NCBI GenBank assembly: GCA_951406725.2
Contig: OX597838.1
Location: 33,170,001-33,234,000 of the forward strand
Length of the DNA stretch: 64,000 bases
Origin: Octopus vulgaris
Lineage: Eukaryota
Direction of reading: 5' to 3'
A program made the position numbers and the translations under genes. Within the stretch, counting starts at the first letter, position 1; every line of letters starts with the position of its first letter. This document shows, in pieces, positions 23,541 through 37,480 of this stretch. A model generated the notes under the pieces. That model worked only from the letters and a program-made list of their open reading frames with translations, was not told where the DNA came from and ran no database searches.

Positions 23541-24540
23541 TACACAGAAAAGAAACACGGAGAGAAACAAGGAGAGAAAAAAAATGCGTGCAGAAGCTAG
23601 CGAATCAACATGGCGATATATATATATATGTACATACATACATACATACATACATACATACATGCATACATACATACATACATACATACATACATACATA
23701 CATACATACGACGGGCTTCTTTCAGTTTCCGTCAACCAAATCCACTCACAAGGCTTTGGTCAGCCTGAGGCTATAATAGAAGACACTAGCCCAAGGTACC
23801 ACGCAGCGGGACTGAACTCGGAACCATGCGGTTGGGAAGCAAGCTTCTTACCATACAGCCACGCCTGCACCTAAGGTTGTTAACCTTTTTTCCACGGAAG
23901 GACGCCTTTTATATTTAAATGATTTTTCCCACGAACGCCAAGTTTTTGTAAGGTCTGTCTATGAAGTCAGTACTACTTTTGTAGATTCTCAAAGGACTAC
24001 GGACCCCAGTTTGTGAACTGCCTTTCTGCTTGATCAAAACTATTGCAGAATACCCCGAGTCAACTGCTTTCCCAGGCGCATACCCTACACCATGCGCACT
24101 AAACAGACACAAGCCACGACAGAGGCTGACAAAACACAGAAGCTGTGAAGATCCAAACAAGAAGCGATGGTAAGGCATTTTATAAAACGACATCCTGTCG
24201 TCTGCTTTACTCAAACCCAGGCCCCGAGAGATTGTTGGTCCGACCGACAAACGTTGCTATGTAAAAATAATCGTGTCCCCAGGATTAAGTTACTCGTTTC
24301 ACCGTAAGAATATCACAACCACTTTTACTGCTACTACTACTAATTATTATTATCATAACAATAACAAGAGTTATGATAATGATAAATAACTTAGATACGA
24401 CTATTCATTATAAAATGAAATAACGAGGCATCTCATAATAACGTTAATTACAACGACTTGTTGGTTCTATTTTTTTATATTTTTCTTTCTCTTATCGTCC
24501 TCTTTTCCCATTTCCGCCTCCCGTTCTTTGTGTGTGGGTT

Positions 24541-24602
24541 GTGTACGTGTGTATGTTAGTGTGTACGTGTGTATGTTAGTGTGTACGTGTGTATGTTAGT
24601 GT
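24541..24602. repeat. 20-bp tandem repeat x3
   Basis: GTGTACGTGTGTATGTTAGT. Confidence 0.9.
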
Positions 24603-24759
24603 GTGTGTGTACTAATGTAAGGGTTGTTAAGTGAAAAAGCTTAACCACAGTTTTTATTATTGGAAGTGCTGAATGCTAAGAGTAGAGCTAAATTGCCAAA
24701 ATAAAACGGCAAAGGGATTCCAGGTTGTATCTCTTTCCAGATATGTTCAAACAATGAAG

Positions 24760-24918
<159 letters not shown>

Positions 24919-25053
24919 AACAATCAAGGAACGGCCATAATAGGCCATTCACCCACTAGAAATAACATGGTCTATGACTATTTAATTTTTTCCTACTAGG
25001 CCGCTGGTGGCAAAAGAATTCTACAAAAAATTTTTTTTTGCCACCCTATATTG

Positions 25054-25101
<48 letters not shown>

Positions 25102-25817
25102 CACCCTGATGTTGGGGCGAAGTCATTTGACCCTGTTATCTCCCCTACTTTCCCTCTTGCGTCTCACGTCTGATCTCTGACTTCTGGCCGAAATCAGACC
25201 GCCATGTTGATTCGTTAGCATTTTTTTCCCTCCTTGTTTCTCTCCGTGTTTCTTTTCTGTGTATCTTTTCTACGTATATATGTATATGTATACGCACATA
25301 TATTTCAGTCTATTTTTTTCTTCACGTCTTTCTGCTGTTTCTAACGTTGTTGTTCCTCCTCCTCTCCCTCCTCCTCCTTCTCCTCCTCCATATAATCTCT
25401 CTACCTTCTCTGTTTTTATCTGCTCTTCTTACTAGATTTCATTTTCCTGTGGTTTCTAACACCCTTTACCCTCCTTCCTTCCTTCCTCCCTTCCTTCCTT
25501 CCTTCCTCCCCTCCTTCTTCTTACGCTGCCGCTCCCCCACCCCCACCCCTCATCCCATCTCTCAACAATATGGTGGTATTACGTCCCCGCATATCTCTTA
25601 CTCTCAACTTTCTGAAGATCAGTAAGCAACACTTCAAACATATTCCTTGATGCCGTAAGACTAAAAACACAATCCTGTCTCTAACCATCAACTATTTCAT
25701 TTCTAATGTTTACTTCCACCAAGTACAATTCCTACCACCAACTCCTCCCTCCCCATCTCTCTCTCTCTTTCTCTCTCTCTCTCAATCTTTATATATATAT
25801 ATATATATATATATACA

Positions 25818-26383
<566 letters not shown>

Positions 26384-26529
26384 TTATTTATATACACACA
26401 CACGAGGGGTAGCTGAAAAGTTTCTGCCTTTAAGGGTGTTGTGAAAAGCCTGGTTGGAAGTCCAACCTTTCGAGTTCTTAGGCAGGGCTTATTAAAATAC
26501 GTACGTTTCAGGTCTTGTGTAATATATAT

Positions 26530-26564
<35 letters not shown>

Positions 26565-27596
26565 GAAATATATTATGGAATACACCCGCCCTTGCGCAAG
26601 ATCTTCCTCATTAACACATATTTATTGGTCCTTGCTTATTGCACCCTGTTCATTACCTTTCCCTTGCTCATTTGCACCTGTTCGCCGATCTGTGAAGACA
26701 TTTGCCCCCCTATTCTTTGGCTCCTACTCATTGGCACTTGTTTATTGGTCCCCGTTAACTGTACATCACGGGTGTCCCAGAAAGATCATGAAAGTGAGTT
26801 CAAATTCCGCCGAGATCAACTCTGCTTTTCATCCTTTCGGGGTCCATAAAATAAGTACCTGTTGGACACTGGAGTCGACAAGACCCCACCCCTAATATTT
26901 CAGGCCTTGTGCCTGTATAAGAAAGACTTATACGAAATTCCAATTTTTTTCCCTGTAGTTTCAGCTCAGAGCTGCGGCCATGTTGATGCGCCGCCGTTTT
27001 GCTACGCTGTTATTACTGAGAGCCTCCTCTAATATGTGACACTTGGTGAAGAATGGGGTTTGATGTAGCTACCCTTATTTGCACCTCAAAATAAAAAAAA
27101 CAATCTTTTACGTTTTACTTGTTTCAATCATTAGACTGCGGTCATGCTGGGGCAAATGTTTTTTCCTATATGATTTAACCTATAAAACAGGCAAGGAGTA
27201 ACCATTTCCGCGAAACAGGCGCGCAAGTGACGTGGCTCATCATCGGGTGACCTGCACTCCTAAAATAAAACTGAAGACAAATTTTCAGTAGGTGTGCCGT
27301 TTAGAAAGTCCCACCGGTCGCAGTTTACCCGTGACTGTTATAAAGCATTGCATCTGTAGATCTTTTTTTTTTTTTTTTTTCAAACTTTCCACACAAAATG
27401 TGTCAAGAACGAGTTTGCCACGAATTCCAAAAAAAAAAAAAAACTTAAAAATTCACTAATTCTACAGAACACAATTGCCCCTCATCCACCATTGGTTCTT
27501 TTCTCTCCATTCTAATATCTTGTTCTGTCAAAATAAATAGGCAATGCTTTACTTAAATTCTTTGACTCTCTTTCTCTCTCCTCTCTCATCCATCCC

Positions 27597-27642
<46 letters not shown>

Positions 27643-27771
27643 TTCTATCGTTTCTCTCTCTCTCTCTCTCGTCTCCCAGACAGACCTATCTTTTGGCATT
27701 TTCTCTTGCATAGCTTTTGTCGGTCGGTATGTATGTTCTTCTACTTGTATTTATTTTGTTTGTTTATTTTA

Positions 27772-27835
<64 letters not shown>

Positions 27836-28692
27836 ACTGAAATGATGCCGTGTGGGTGGCGCGCGGGGTTGTGGGTGGGTGAGAACAACCCTGCAGTTGG
27901 CGTCGGATGGCAGCGGCTGTAAGTTACCGGGGATGGCGGTGATGTTGGTGCTATTGGTGGTGGTGGTGGTGGTGGTGGCGGCGGCGGTGGTGGCGGCGGC
28001 GCTGGTGGTGGTGGCGATGGTGGTAGTTGATGTTGGCACTTGTTATTCTTGTTTTGATGTTGGCGATGGTGGTGTTGGTGGTGATGGTGGTGGATGTGAT
28101 GGTAGTAGTTTTGTTGGCACTTGTTTTGGTGGTAGTGGTGGTGGTAGTTGATATTGGTTCTTGTTGTTGGTGGTGGAGGTGGAAGTGGTGGCGCTAGTTC
28201 TGTTAGCACTTGTTGTTTTGGCGGTGGTGGTGGTGGTAGTGGTTGTTGACGTTGGCTCTTGTTGTTGTTGCTGTTGTTAGTGGTAGTGGGTGTCGATGGT
28301 TGCAGCTGTTTGTTGCTTAGCCCCGAGCAACAGCTTCTCCCTGAACAAACAGACGTACAATGTATCATATGATCTTCCAGATGTGACCATCTTCCTTGTC
28401 TTTCTTCTGTGTGAAGAGAGCTCAGGATCACGTAGCTCAAAGCCTGTGTTTTTCTCAGACGATGACTGACTTGAGGGAGATTTAGCTGCTACTTCTAAAC
28501 CAGCAGGCGTGACTGATAAGCACAGGCACAGCTGTGTGGTAAGAAGTTTGCTTCCAAACCGCATGGTTTCGGGTTCAGTCCCACTTGCATGACACTTTGG
28601 TCAAATACCTTCAGCTCTAACTCCGATCCGACCAAAGTGAGTGGATTTGGTAGATGGAAACTGAAAGAATCTCGTCGTATATAAACATACCT

Positions 28693-28736
<44 letters not shown>

Positions 28737-28855
28737 ACACACGCACACACATATATATATTAGGGGAGAATTCACACAAAAAAAACAAAAGACGAAGACA
28801 GGTGGTGTAGACAACAAACAGATGTATTAGTTTAACGTTCGGGAAGTGAAAAAGT

Positions 28856-28891
28856 CTTTAACGTTTCGAGCCTGCGCGCTTCCACAGAAAG
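28856..28891 (-). ncRNA. Minimal hammerhead-like motif, A6U variant (family P2), in fragment about 28762-28895
   Basis: cuuu-CUGUGGA-A-GCGC gcag GCUC-GAAA-CG-UU-aaag. Confidence 0.68.
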
Positions 28892-28988
28892 GAACTCTAT
28901 TACTACTACTACTACTACTACTATAGTCTTGGGCCGACCAAAGCCTTGTGAGTGGATTTGGTAGACGGAAACTGAAAGAAGCCCGTCG

Positions 28989-29023
<35 letters not shown>

Positions 29024-29029
29024 TTTTGT

Positions 29030-29318
29030 TGTTTGTTCCTTCTTGAGCCATGCCTAGATCATAAGGGCTGGTTTCTTGGTTTCATTGGCGTATACGTTCC
29101 CCATCTGGACGGGACGCCGGTCCGTCGCAGGTGAGCTGCTTGATGCAGAAGGAAAGAGTGAGAGAAAGTTGTGGCAAAAGAGTCGGCAGAAGTTCGACAT
29201 TATACCTTCCCGTGGAGCTTAGGTGTTTCACTCATAAACACACATATCGCCCGGTCTGAGATTCGAACCCGCGATCCCTCGCCTGCGGGGCCGCTGCTCT
29301 AACCACTAGACCATGTGT
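29030..29318 (-). mobile_element. SINE family C-related copy
   Basis: Minus strand TGGTCTAGTGGTTAGAGCAGCGG...GGTTCGAATCTC head; GCGACGGACCGGCGTCCCGTCCAG body. Confidence 0.8.
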
Positions 29319-29349
29319 TCTTTTACCTGTTTCTTATTATTACTTATTA

Positions 29350-30030
29350 TTCTTTTATTTGTTTCAATCATTTGACTACGGCCATGCTGGAGCACCACCT
29401 TAAGGGGTTTTAGTCGAACAAATCGACCCCAGGACTTATTCGTTGTAAGCCTAGTACTTATTCTATCGGTTCATTTTGCCGAACCGCTAAATTACGGGGA
29501 CATAAACACACCAACACTAATTTCCCTTGGTGGTGAGTGACACACACACACACACACACACATACACACTCGACGGGCTTCTTTCAGTTTCCGTCTACCA
29601 AATCCACTCACAAGCCTGTGGTCGGCCTTAAGGCTATATTAGAAGACACTTGTCCAAGATGTTATACACAGTGGGACTGAACCCAGAACCATGTGGTTGG
29701 GAAGCAAGTTACTTACCACACAGACACGCCTGCGCTTTGCGTGTGTGTGTGTGTGTGTGTGTATGTGTGTGTGTGCGTGTGTGTGTTGTGTGTATGTTTC
29801 TGTTTCTCCCCTACCGCTTGACAACCGACATTGGCTTTTATTTACGATGCCATAACTTAGCGGCTCGACAAAACGCAAAAAAGTAATCGATAGAATGAGT
29901 AACTGGCTTAAAAAGTAAAATAAGTACTGGGGGCGGAGGGGTTGACTCGTTCGACTCAAGAAAAAAAAAAAAGACCTTTCAAGGCGGTGCCCCAGCATGG
30001 CCGTAGTCCGATGACTGATAGAAATAAACA
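29350..30030. mobile_element. SINE B (minus, 29350-29733) abutting a SINE B 3' half (plus, about 29740-30030)
   Basis: Homology to family consensus on opposite strands. Confidence 0.85.
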
Positions 30031-30428
30031 GATTAAGAGGAAGATAGAAAGCTGACGTGATGTTAGTTGTTTGTTGTTCTTGTTGTTGCTGTTGTTCGGG
30101 GTCCTAAATCGAGCAAAGACCGACCCCGATCGAGCAAAACCTCACGATCCAGACCCAGAGGTAGCATTCCAGGCATGACCAACCCTGCCGTTTTAACCGC
30201 TAGGCAAGAAGATTACATCAGCTGATGTGACCGTTTTTTAATTTTTTTTTAATTGTTATTGTTTGTTATTGTTTTTTTTTTTTTGTGTGTGTTTTTTTTG
30301 CGACTTCTTGTTCTTTTGTTTCTTGAAATCATGTTTTGTACGAATATTCCGGTCAGGATGTTTCTGTTATTTACTTTGCCAGGTAGCGACCATCCCCTCG
30401 TTGGCACGTGCGATGTGGAGCGCCCACA

Positions 30429-30464
<36 letters not shown>

Positions 30465-30523
30465 TGTATGTGTGAATACATCCATATATATATATATACC
30501 AGGTGGTATATATATATATATAT

Positions 30524-30591
30524 ACCAGGTGGTGCTATTAAGTTAGACATGGCCTGGGCCAATAATGGCCGAAACCTATGAAAGTATCAAA

Positions 30592-30595
<4 letters not shown>
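30524..30595 (+). mobile_element. 56-nt mini retro-element with ATCAAAGT-type tail, in (TA)n
   Basis: Identical to the reverse complement of 15225-15280. Confidence 0.8.
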
Positions 30596-30629
<34 letters not shown>

Positions 30630-30883
30630 ACATATACACATATACATATACACACACATACACAGACACATATATACACGCACATGTGTGTGTGTGTGTG
30701 TATATATAAATGTATGTATGTATAAGGCATATGTGTGTGTGTGTGTGTGTGTCTGTGTGTGAGTGTGCTGTTTGTGTATGTGGGAATGGGTAGGTAGGTG
30801 TGTAGATGAAGGTGACACTGGAGGCGGCGACAGCGGCAACGGCGGCGCTGATGGAGCTGGTTAAATAAACACTGCGAGACAAG

Positions 30884-30953
30884 ATGATGTTCATGATGAT
30901 GATGATGACGACGACGATGATGTTGATATTGATGATGATGATGATGACAATGC

Positions 30954-30986
<33 letters not shown>

Positions 30987-30992
30987 CAATGC

Positions 30993-31025
<33 letters not shown>

Positions 31026-31064
31026 CAATGCGGATGATGATGATGATGATGATGATGACAATGC

Positions 31065-31103
<39 letters not shown>

Positions 31104-31210
31104 CAATGCGGATGATGATGATGATGATGATGATGACAATGCGGATGATGATGATGATGATGATGATGACAATGCGGATGATGATGATGATGATGAGGAC
31201 GACGATGACT
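30884..31210. repeat. (GAT)n tract punctuated seven times by GACAATGCG
   Basis: direct reading; higher-order minisatellite of variable unit length. Confidence 0.95.
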
Positions 31211-31414
31211 TTGTATGAAGAAAGGGAAAAAGGTGGTGGCGGTGGTGGCGGCGATGGTGGTGGTGGCGGCTTTGGCGGTGGTGGTGGCGGTGGCGCTAAT
31301 GCCCTGTTGCATGTGATGATGTTTGTTGTTATAAGGTCAAGAGTGATGGCGACGGAGACACTGCGGGGGAGTGGGGTGTGAAGCTGTAAGATATATATAT
31401 CCGATGATGGCTTA

Positions 31415-31763
31415 ACTGGAGCACCGCCTTTAGTCGAGCAAATCCACCCCGGGACTTATTGTTTGTAAGCCCAGTACTTATTCTATCGCTAAGTAACGGG
31501 GACATAAACACACCAGCATCGGTTGTCAAGCAATGCTAGGGGGACAAACACAGACACACAAACACACACATGCATATATATATATATATACATATATACG
31601 ACGGGCTTCTTTCAGTTTCCGTCTACCAAATCCACTCACAAGGCTTTGGTCGGCCCGAGGCTATAGCAGAAGACACATGCCCAAGGTGCCACGCAGTGGG
31701 ACTGAAGCCGGAACCATGTGGTTGGTAAGCAAGTTACTTACCACACAGCCACTCCTGCGCCTC
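31415..31763 (-). mobile_element. SINE family B
   Basis: Homology to 2496-2892; a further partial copy at 31895-32060. Confidence 0.88.
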
Positions 31764-31853
<90 letters not shown>

Positions 31854-32540
31854 GTATATACATATATATACTTATATATGTATATATATATATTCTTTTA
31901 TTTGTTTCAGTCATTTGACTGCGGCATGCTGGAGCACCGCATTTTAGTCGAACAAATCGCCTATGACTTATTTTATCGGTTCTCTTGCCGAACCGCTAAG
32001 TGACGGGGGGGGGACATAAGCACACGACCAGCATCGGTCGTCAAGCGATGGCGAGAGGACAAACACACACACACACACACGCATATATACATATATATAT
32101 ATATATAAATATATTTACATACAATGACATGGGTGGCGTTAATAACGATGATGATGATGACGGTGGTGGTAGTGGTGGTGGTGGTGGTGGTGATGATGAT
32201 GATGATAATGATGATGAGATAACATTTACTGACAGCGATGTATGCGAGGGATGTTTTGGATTATTACACAACATTAGTTGTCGTAATAATTGAGGGTGGT
32301 GGTGGTGGTGGTGGTGGTGGTGGTGGTGGTAGTGGTGGTGGTAGTTATGGTAGTGGTGGTGGTGGTGGTGCCGTTGGTGGCGTTGGTGCTGGTATTTGAT
32401 GGCGGAAAGCAAAACAGATGCTATGCATTTTACTTAAATAGGAGTGGAATAGTTAATTACATTTTCTAAGTAGGACAGATTCAGCGTGTTTTGGAGGACC
32501 AGACCCTGAGACAGGGTAGGGCACATAACTTAACTCTACT

Positions 32541-32595
<55 letters not shown>

Positions 32596-32844
32596 TGGCT
32601 CTCCGTCGGTTACGACGACGTGCGTTCCAGCTGATCCGAATCAACGTAAACAGCCTGGCCACTTTAACTACAAAATGGCTTAAGAACTACATCAATTGGG
32701 TATAAACTGGTTGTCCTAGACGTGTGCTCCATATCATCCACCACTGGTAGGAAGCTCATTAATACAGGGTGGTTCAAAAGTCAAAAGGTGTTTATAGTTC
32801 ATTTATGCAGTTTTAAATTTACAATAACTTAGCAGCACGTTTTC

Positions 32845-32880
32845 CCTTCTGTGGAAGAGCGTAGGCTCGAAATGTTAAAG
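32845..32880 (+). ncRNA. Minimal hammerhead-like motif, A6U variant (family P2), in fragment about 32843-32970
   Basis: ccuu-CUGUGGA-A-GAGC guag GCUC-GAAA-UG-UU-aaag. Confidence 0.62.
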
Positions 32881-33311
32881 ACCCTTTCACTTCCCGAGCA
32901 TTATACTAATACACCTGTTTGTTGTCTACAGCACCTGTCTTTGTCTTTTTTTTTTTTGTGAATTCTCCCTACACACACACACACATATATATATACACGT
33001 ATAAATACGTACATATATATATATATATATATATGTGGCAGAATCTTTAGTACGCCGGGGAAAAAGGTTAGCGGCATTTCACGGTTCAAATCCCGCTGAG
33101 TCGACGTTACTTTTTCATCCTTTTCAGGGGTCAATAAAAGCAGTACCAGTAAAGTACTGGGGTCGATGTAATTGATTTACTCACTTCCCCGAAACTGCTG
33201 GCCTCGTGCTAAATTTTGAAGTAAATAGTAGCAGTGGGAAGAGATAGAGGAGAGAGACAGGAGTCGGAGGAGGGAAGTTGCGTATTTATTTGCCTTTTGC
33301 TGCAATCCTAA

Positions 33312-33380
<69 letters not shown>

Positions 33381-33997
33381 AATGGGGATGCGGAGGGGAA
33401 ACCGAGAAGGAGATGACGGGAGTGTTGATGTTAATATCTTTTTAGTGGTGGTGGTCGTGGGTGGTGGACTAAATAGTTGTAGCGGTTAGTAAAGTTATGA
33501 TACTAGTTGGTATTTCTGGCATGGTGGTTAAGGTTGCGGTGGTGTTGGTGGTAGTCCTCGCGTTCGCCTCGGTTGTATAACATTGGTGGTTGGTGCTAGT
33601 AAACAGTAGTGGTAGTAGTAGTAGTAGTAGTAGTAGTAGGAGGAGGAGGAGGAGGAGGAGGAGGAGGTGGAGGAGGAGGAGGAGGAAGAGGTAGAGGAGA
33701 GAGAAGGAGGGGGTGGAGGAGGGAGGTTGCGTTGTCCTAAACAAAAATAAAAAAATGTCATTCCACCAGCCCTCCCGCCTTGCCCACCCCCACATACCCT
33801 TATACAACATTTTCCCCGTCGATAAAAATACTTATAACAGATAAGATTTCTTCAAATTAAATGGCTCGTGTGATTGGCATCACTGCTTGTTATTCGCGTG
33901 TATCTGTGTGTATGTGTGCACATACACATATACACGCACGCATACACACATGTGCGACATTTGTCTTTCCTTCTCCCTCTCCCACACAGTGTCCCCT

Positions 33998-34041
<44 letters not shown>

Positions 34042-34346
34042 CATGTAATTTTTTGCAAGCTCACGTTGTCTTGAGTTTCCCATCAGTTGCAGCCAGTTAC
34101 TCAAACACAGAGGATATCAAACTCCACCGTCTTGCTTTTATTTCCTTCCGTTCACCTCTACTCCGAAGAAGGATGCTGTCCAGAACATTGGATACCCTAC
34201 TCCCGCGTCAATTTCCTTCTACTCTTTATGTTACTTTTTCAAATAATACAACTCTTGCTGCTGCAGGTGAACACTAATCTCCTCGGATTCTGTTTTACCT
34301 TACACTATTTTTAGGCCCAGTCCGCCAATGTATATATCTATATCTA

Positions 34347-34404
<58 letters not shown>

Positions 34405-34512
34405 GAAAAAAGGAGGCATTTTGGATAATTCTTTACTGGCACTTTCGTTCGTTTATCGACCTCGTCAAGACAAAATCAAACACTTCAAACACTTTATACA
34501 TACATACCATGA

Positions 34513-34865
34513 TTGGCACTCCGTCGGTTACGACGACGAGGATTCTAGTATATCTGATCAACGGAACAGCCTGCTCGTGAAATTAACGTGCAAGTGGCTG
34601 AGCACTCCACAGTCACATGTACCCTTAACGAGATTCAGCGTGACACAGAGTGTGACAAGGCTGGCCCCTTTGAAATACAGGTACAAGAGAAACAGGAAGA
34701 AAGAGTGAGAGAAAGTTATGGTGAAAGAGTACATCAGGGTTCGCCGCCACCCCCTGTCGGAGCCACGTGGAGCTTTTAGATGTTTTCGCCCAATAAACAC
34801 TTATACCGCCTGTTCTGGGAATCGAAACCGCGAGTCCGTTGCCCTAACCACTGGGCCATTGCGCT
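34513..34865 (-). mobile_element. SINE with family C head and a different 3' tail
   Basis: Head GCGCAATGGCCCAGTGGTTAGGGC as at 7555; tail end TCGTCGTAACCGACGGAG also found at 32595-32660. Confidence 0.8.
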
Positions 34866-34908
34866 TTCACTATACATACATGCATATGTTCGTACGTACG
34901 TACATATA

Positions 34909-35062
34909 TTGGGCTGGTGCATAATTATTGCGGCTTTTTTCCAACAAATTTTATTCAACAAAAACAATAATAATATTTAACAAAAAAACTTCTTTAAATG
35001 AAGGTCTGACCGTCTGCCAAGCAAATGGGAAGCAGGAATTGAAGTAGATGGTTTAATATGCA
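34909..35062 (+). mobile_element. Mariner remnant (Hsmar1/MADE1-like TIR plus transposase C-terminus)
   Basis: TA|TTGGGCTGGTGCATAATTATTGCGGCTTTT; downstream reads DRLPSKWEAGIEVDG, like the mariner L..RW..V....G.Y terminus. Confidence 0.7.
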
Positions 35063-35121
35063 CAGACACAGAGACGCACACATAGATACATTCATACCTA
35101 CATATGCATACATACATACCT

Positions 35122-35173
<52 letters not shown>

Positions 35174-35237
35174 CTTTCAGTTTCGGTTTACCAAATTCAT
35201 CACAAGTCTCTGGTTGGTATATACTACTGTAGAAGGA

Positions 35238-35470
35238 GGGCGGCGAGCTGGCAGACACGTTAGCACGCCGGGCGAAATGCGTAGCCGTATTTCGTCTGTC
35301 GTTATGTTCCGAGTTCAAATTCTGCCGAGGTCGACTTTGCCTTTCATCCTTTCGGGGTCGATAAATTAAGTACCAGTTACGCACTGAGGTCGATGTAATC
35401 GACTTAATCCCTTTGTCTGTCCTTGTTTGTCCTCTCTGTGTTCAGCCCCTTGTGGGTAGTAAAAAAATAT
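35238..35470 (+). mobile_element. SINE family A monomer nested in a SINE B head
   Basis: Full A consensus; B sequence at 35175-35235 resumes at about 35478. Confidence 0.9.
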
Positions 35471-36642
35471 ATGCTACTGTGCCCAAGATACCACACAGTG
35501 GGACTGAACCCGGAACCGTGTGATTTAGAAGCCAGCTTCTTATAAGACGACCACGCCTATGCCTGTATATGTATACTTTGTCCACGCGCGTCTTGCTTCT
35601 GGAATTAAGAGTGTAGTGCATGGACGTACGCGTGCACATATGTATGTGTGCGTGGTTGTCACTGAATGCATGAACCGGTGCAGATGTACTTTAACGTCCT
35701 TCACAATCGTGCCGGCATTGTGTGTGTTTGTGTAATAGAGGAAGAGAGAGAGAGAGAGAAAGAAAGAAAGAGAGCGAGAGAGCATTATGTATGTTTATGG
35801 ACGTGTACACTCGTACACGAATGACTGAAGCTTACCAAGGCCGGCCAATTAAAACCAAACCTACTTGTAGCTTCTAAGACAAATTGGCGAGTGAAGCACT
35901 TACAGCCAACATCATATAATACTGGGGGGAAAATAGTGGGGAGGTTTTGATCGGAGGGGTTGATACGGAGAGTGTCGGCTGTCGCTGAGGACTGATTCAC
36001 TGCGTGTGTTTCAAAAGGTTTAGGAGACACAGCTGAGAACTCTTAACAAGATTAAGTGATCAATTGGCTGAGATGCATGACTAACAAAGCCATTTCAAGA
36101 TCTGTCCGTCACCGCACCTCTACACAGCCTCATTAAAAAAATGTTGTGGAGGTGTTCCCCCAATTAAGGAGCCTCTGTGTCATTAGTTCCTTTCCTCGGT
36201 GTCCACGAACTTCAAGTGCGACCACAAAGGTAGTATTGGGCAATGGGGCTTAACCTATTTTTTTCCCACCGCGGACAGGTTTCAACGGGCTCTAATCCCT
36301 CTTTTACAAAAATGCTATTGTTGCTTATTTTGATTATATATAAATTATATATATATATATATGCATGCATACATACACATATATATGTACATGCATATAT
36401 TTGTATATACATGCATATATGGGTACAGGACACCACGGAACGTAAAGGACATAAAATAAACCTAAAATACGAAAACAACATGAAATAGGAAATACGACAA
36501 CATGGAATAGGAACTTTTTTTGCGAACAACGAAAGAAACAAACGGAAAACAAGACAAGCAACATGAAGAAAAGGACCCTCCATCAGTTGTTGGCTGTTTT
36601 TCTACTTCGTATTTCGAGCATTTCACAACATTTCCAAAGTTT

Positions 36643-36693
<51 letters not shown>

Positions 36694-36759
36694 CTGCGTG
36701 TGTATCGTTGGCGATTTTCTTTCTCCGTCTCCCCTTCCTTGGATCTTTCCTTTTCCTAT

Positions 36760-36794
36760 GTTTCTGACGAAGAGCTCCGCTCGAAACGTTAAAT
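36760..36794 (+). ncRNA. Minimal type I hammerhead ribozyme (family P1), intact, in fragment 36688-36896
   Basis: guuu-CUGACGA-A-GAGC ucc GCUC-GAAA-CG-UU-aaau. Confidence 0.8.
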
Positions 36795-36893
36795 CCTCCT
36801 TCTTTCTTTCCTTTCCTGAGCGTCCAGTAACACTATACTTGTTCCACGTCGTCGCGTTGTTGTGTTTTGTCTTTGTTCATGTTTAGATTAAAC

Positions 36894-36987
<94 letters not shown>

Positions 36988-37480
36988 TGTGTGTGTATCG
37001 TTCATCGCCAAGTCCCAAATGGTCGATTAAGAAATAAAATTCACGTGATTTTGCAGCCGAAAGTAAAACCTAAGAAAATTTAGAATTTGTGATATGGTGT
37101 AATGATATGTGTGTGTGTGTGTGTGTGTGTGTGTATCAGGTAACTTATTACATGTGTAATGAAAAAAAGAAAAAAGGATCAAGTTGGTTTAGCTTTGGAA
37201 ATTTAAAAATAAATTGTTGGAGGGAAAAGAAAAGAAAAAAAAAAACCAAAATAGAAAGCTCTAAAGTTACGGGACTTAAATACTCGCGCGTACGCGCACT
37301 CTCACACGCACGCACGCACACACGCACATACACATAGAGGCAAAGTCGTTTCAGCATTTAATTAGAAATGCCTTGTGGTAATTGCTCCGGCTCTGAGCGT
37401 TTCGAGTCCGAATCCCATCGAAGTCAACTTTACTTTCATCTTTTTTTAGATCGATAAATAAACTACCAGTCTAAGAACTA

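Larger units (their letters stand above)
22885..23872 (-). mobile_element. SINE family B expanded by two nested hammerhead-bearing PLE-like fragments
   Basis: Tail 22885-23095, head 23708-23872; P1 (23155-23370) and P2 (23404-23616) fragments lie in its internal microsatellite. Confidence 0.85.

Noticed and set aside
27897-27924. 22-nt micro-exon (CTGCAG|...|GTAAGT)
   Set aside because: No polypyrimidine tract, not a multiple of three, no supporting neighbours
30587-31381. His-rich / Met-rich ORFs (HHHHPHC repeats) resembling a metal-binding protein
   Set aside because: Interrupted (GAT)n microsatellite; the ORF runs on into TA/CA repeats and has no credible gene structure
36265-36310. Minus-strand GGG...CCC-GUUGAAACCUGUC hammerhead-like half
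   Set aside because: Core box unrecognisable; too degenerate to call
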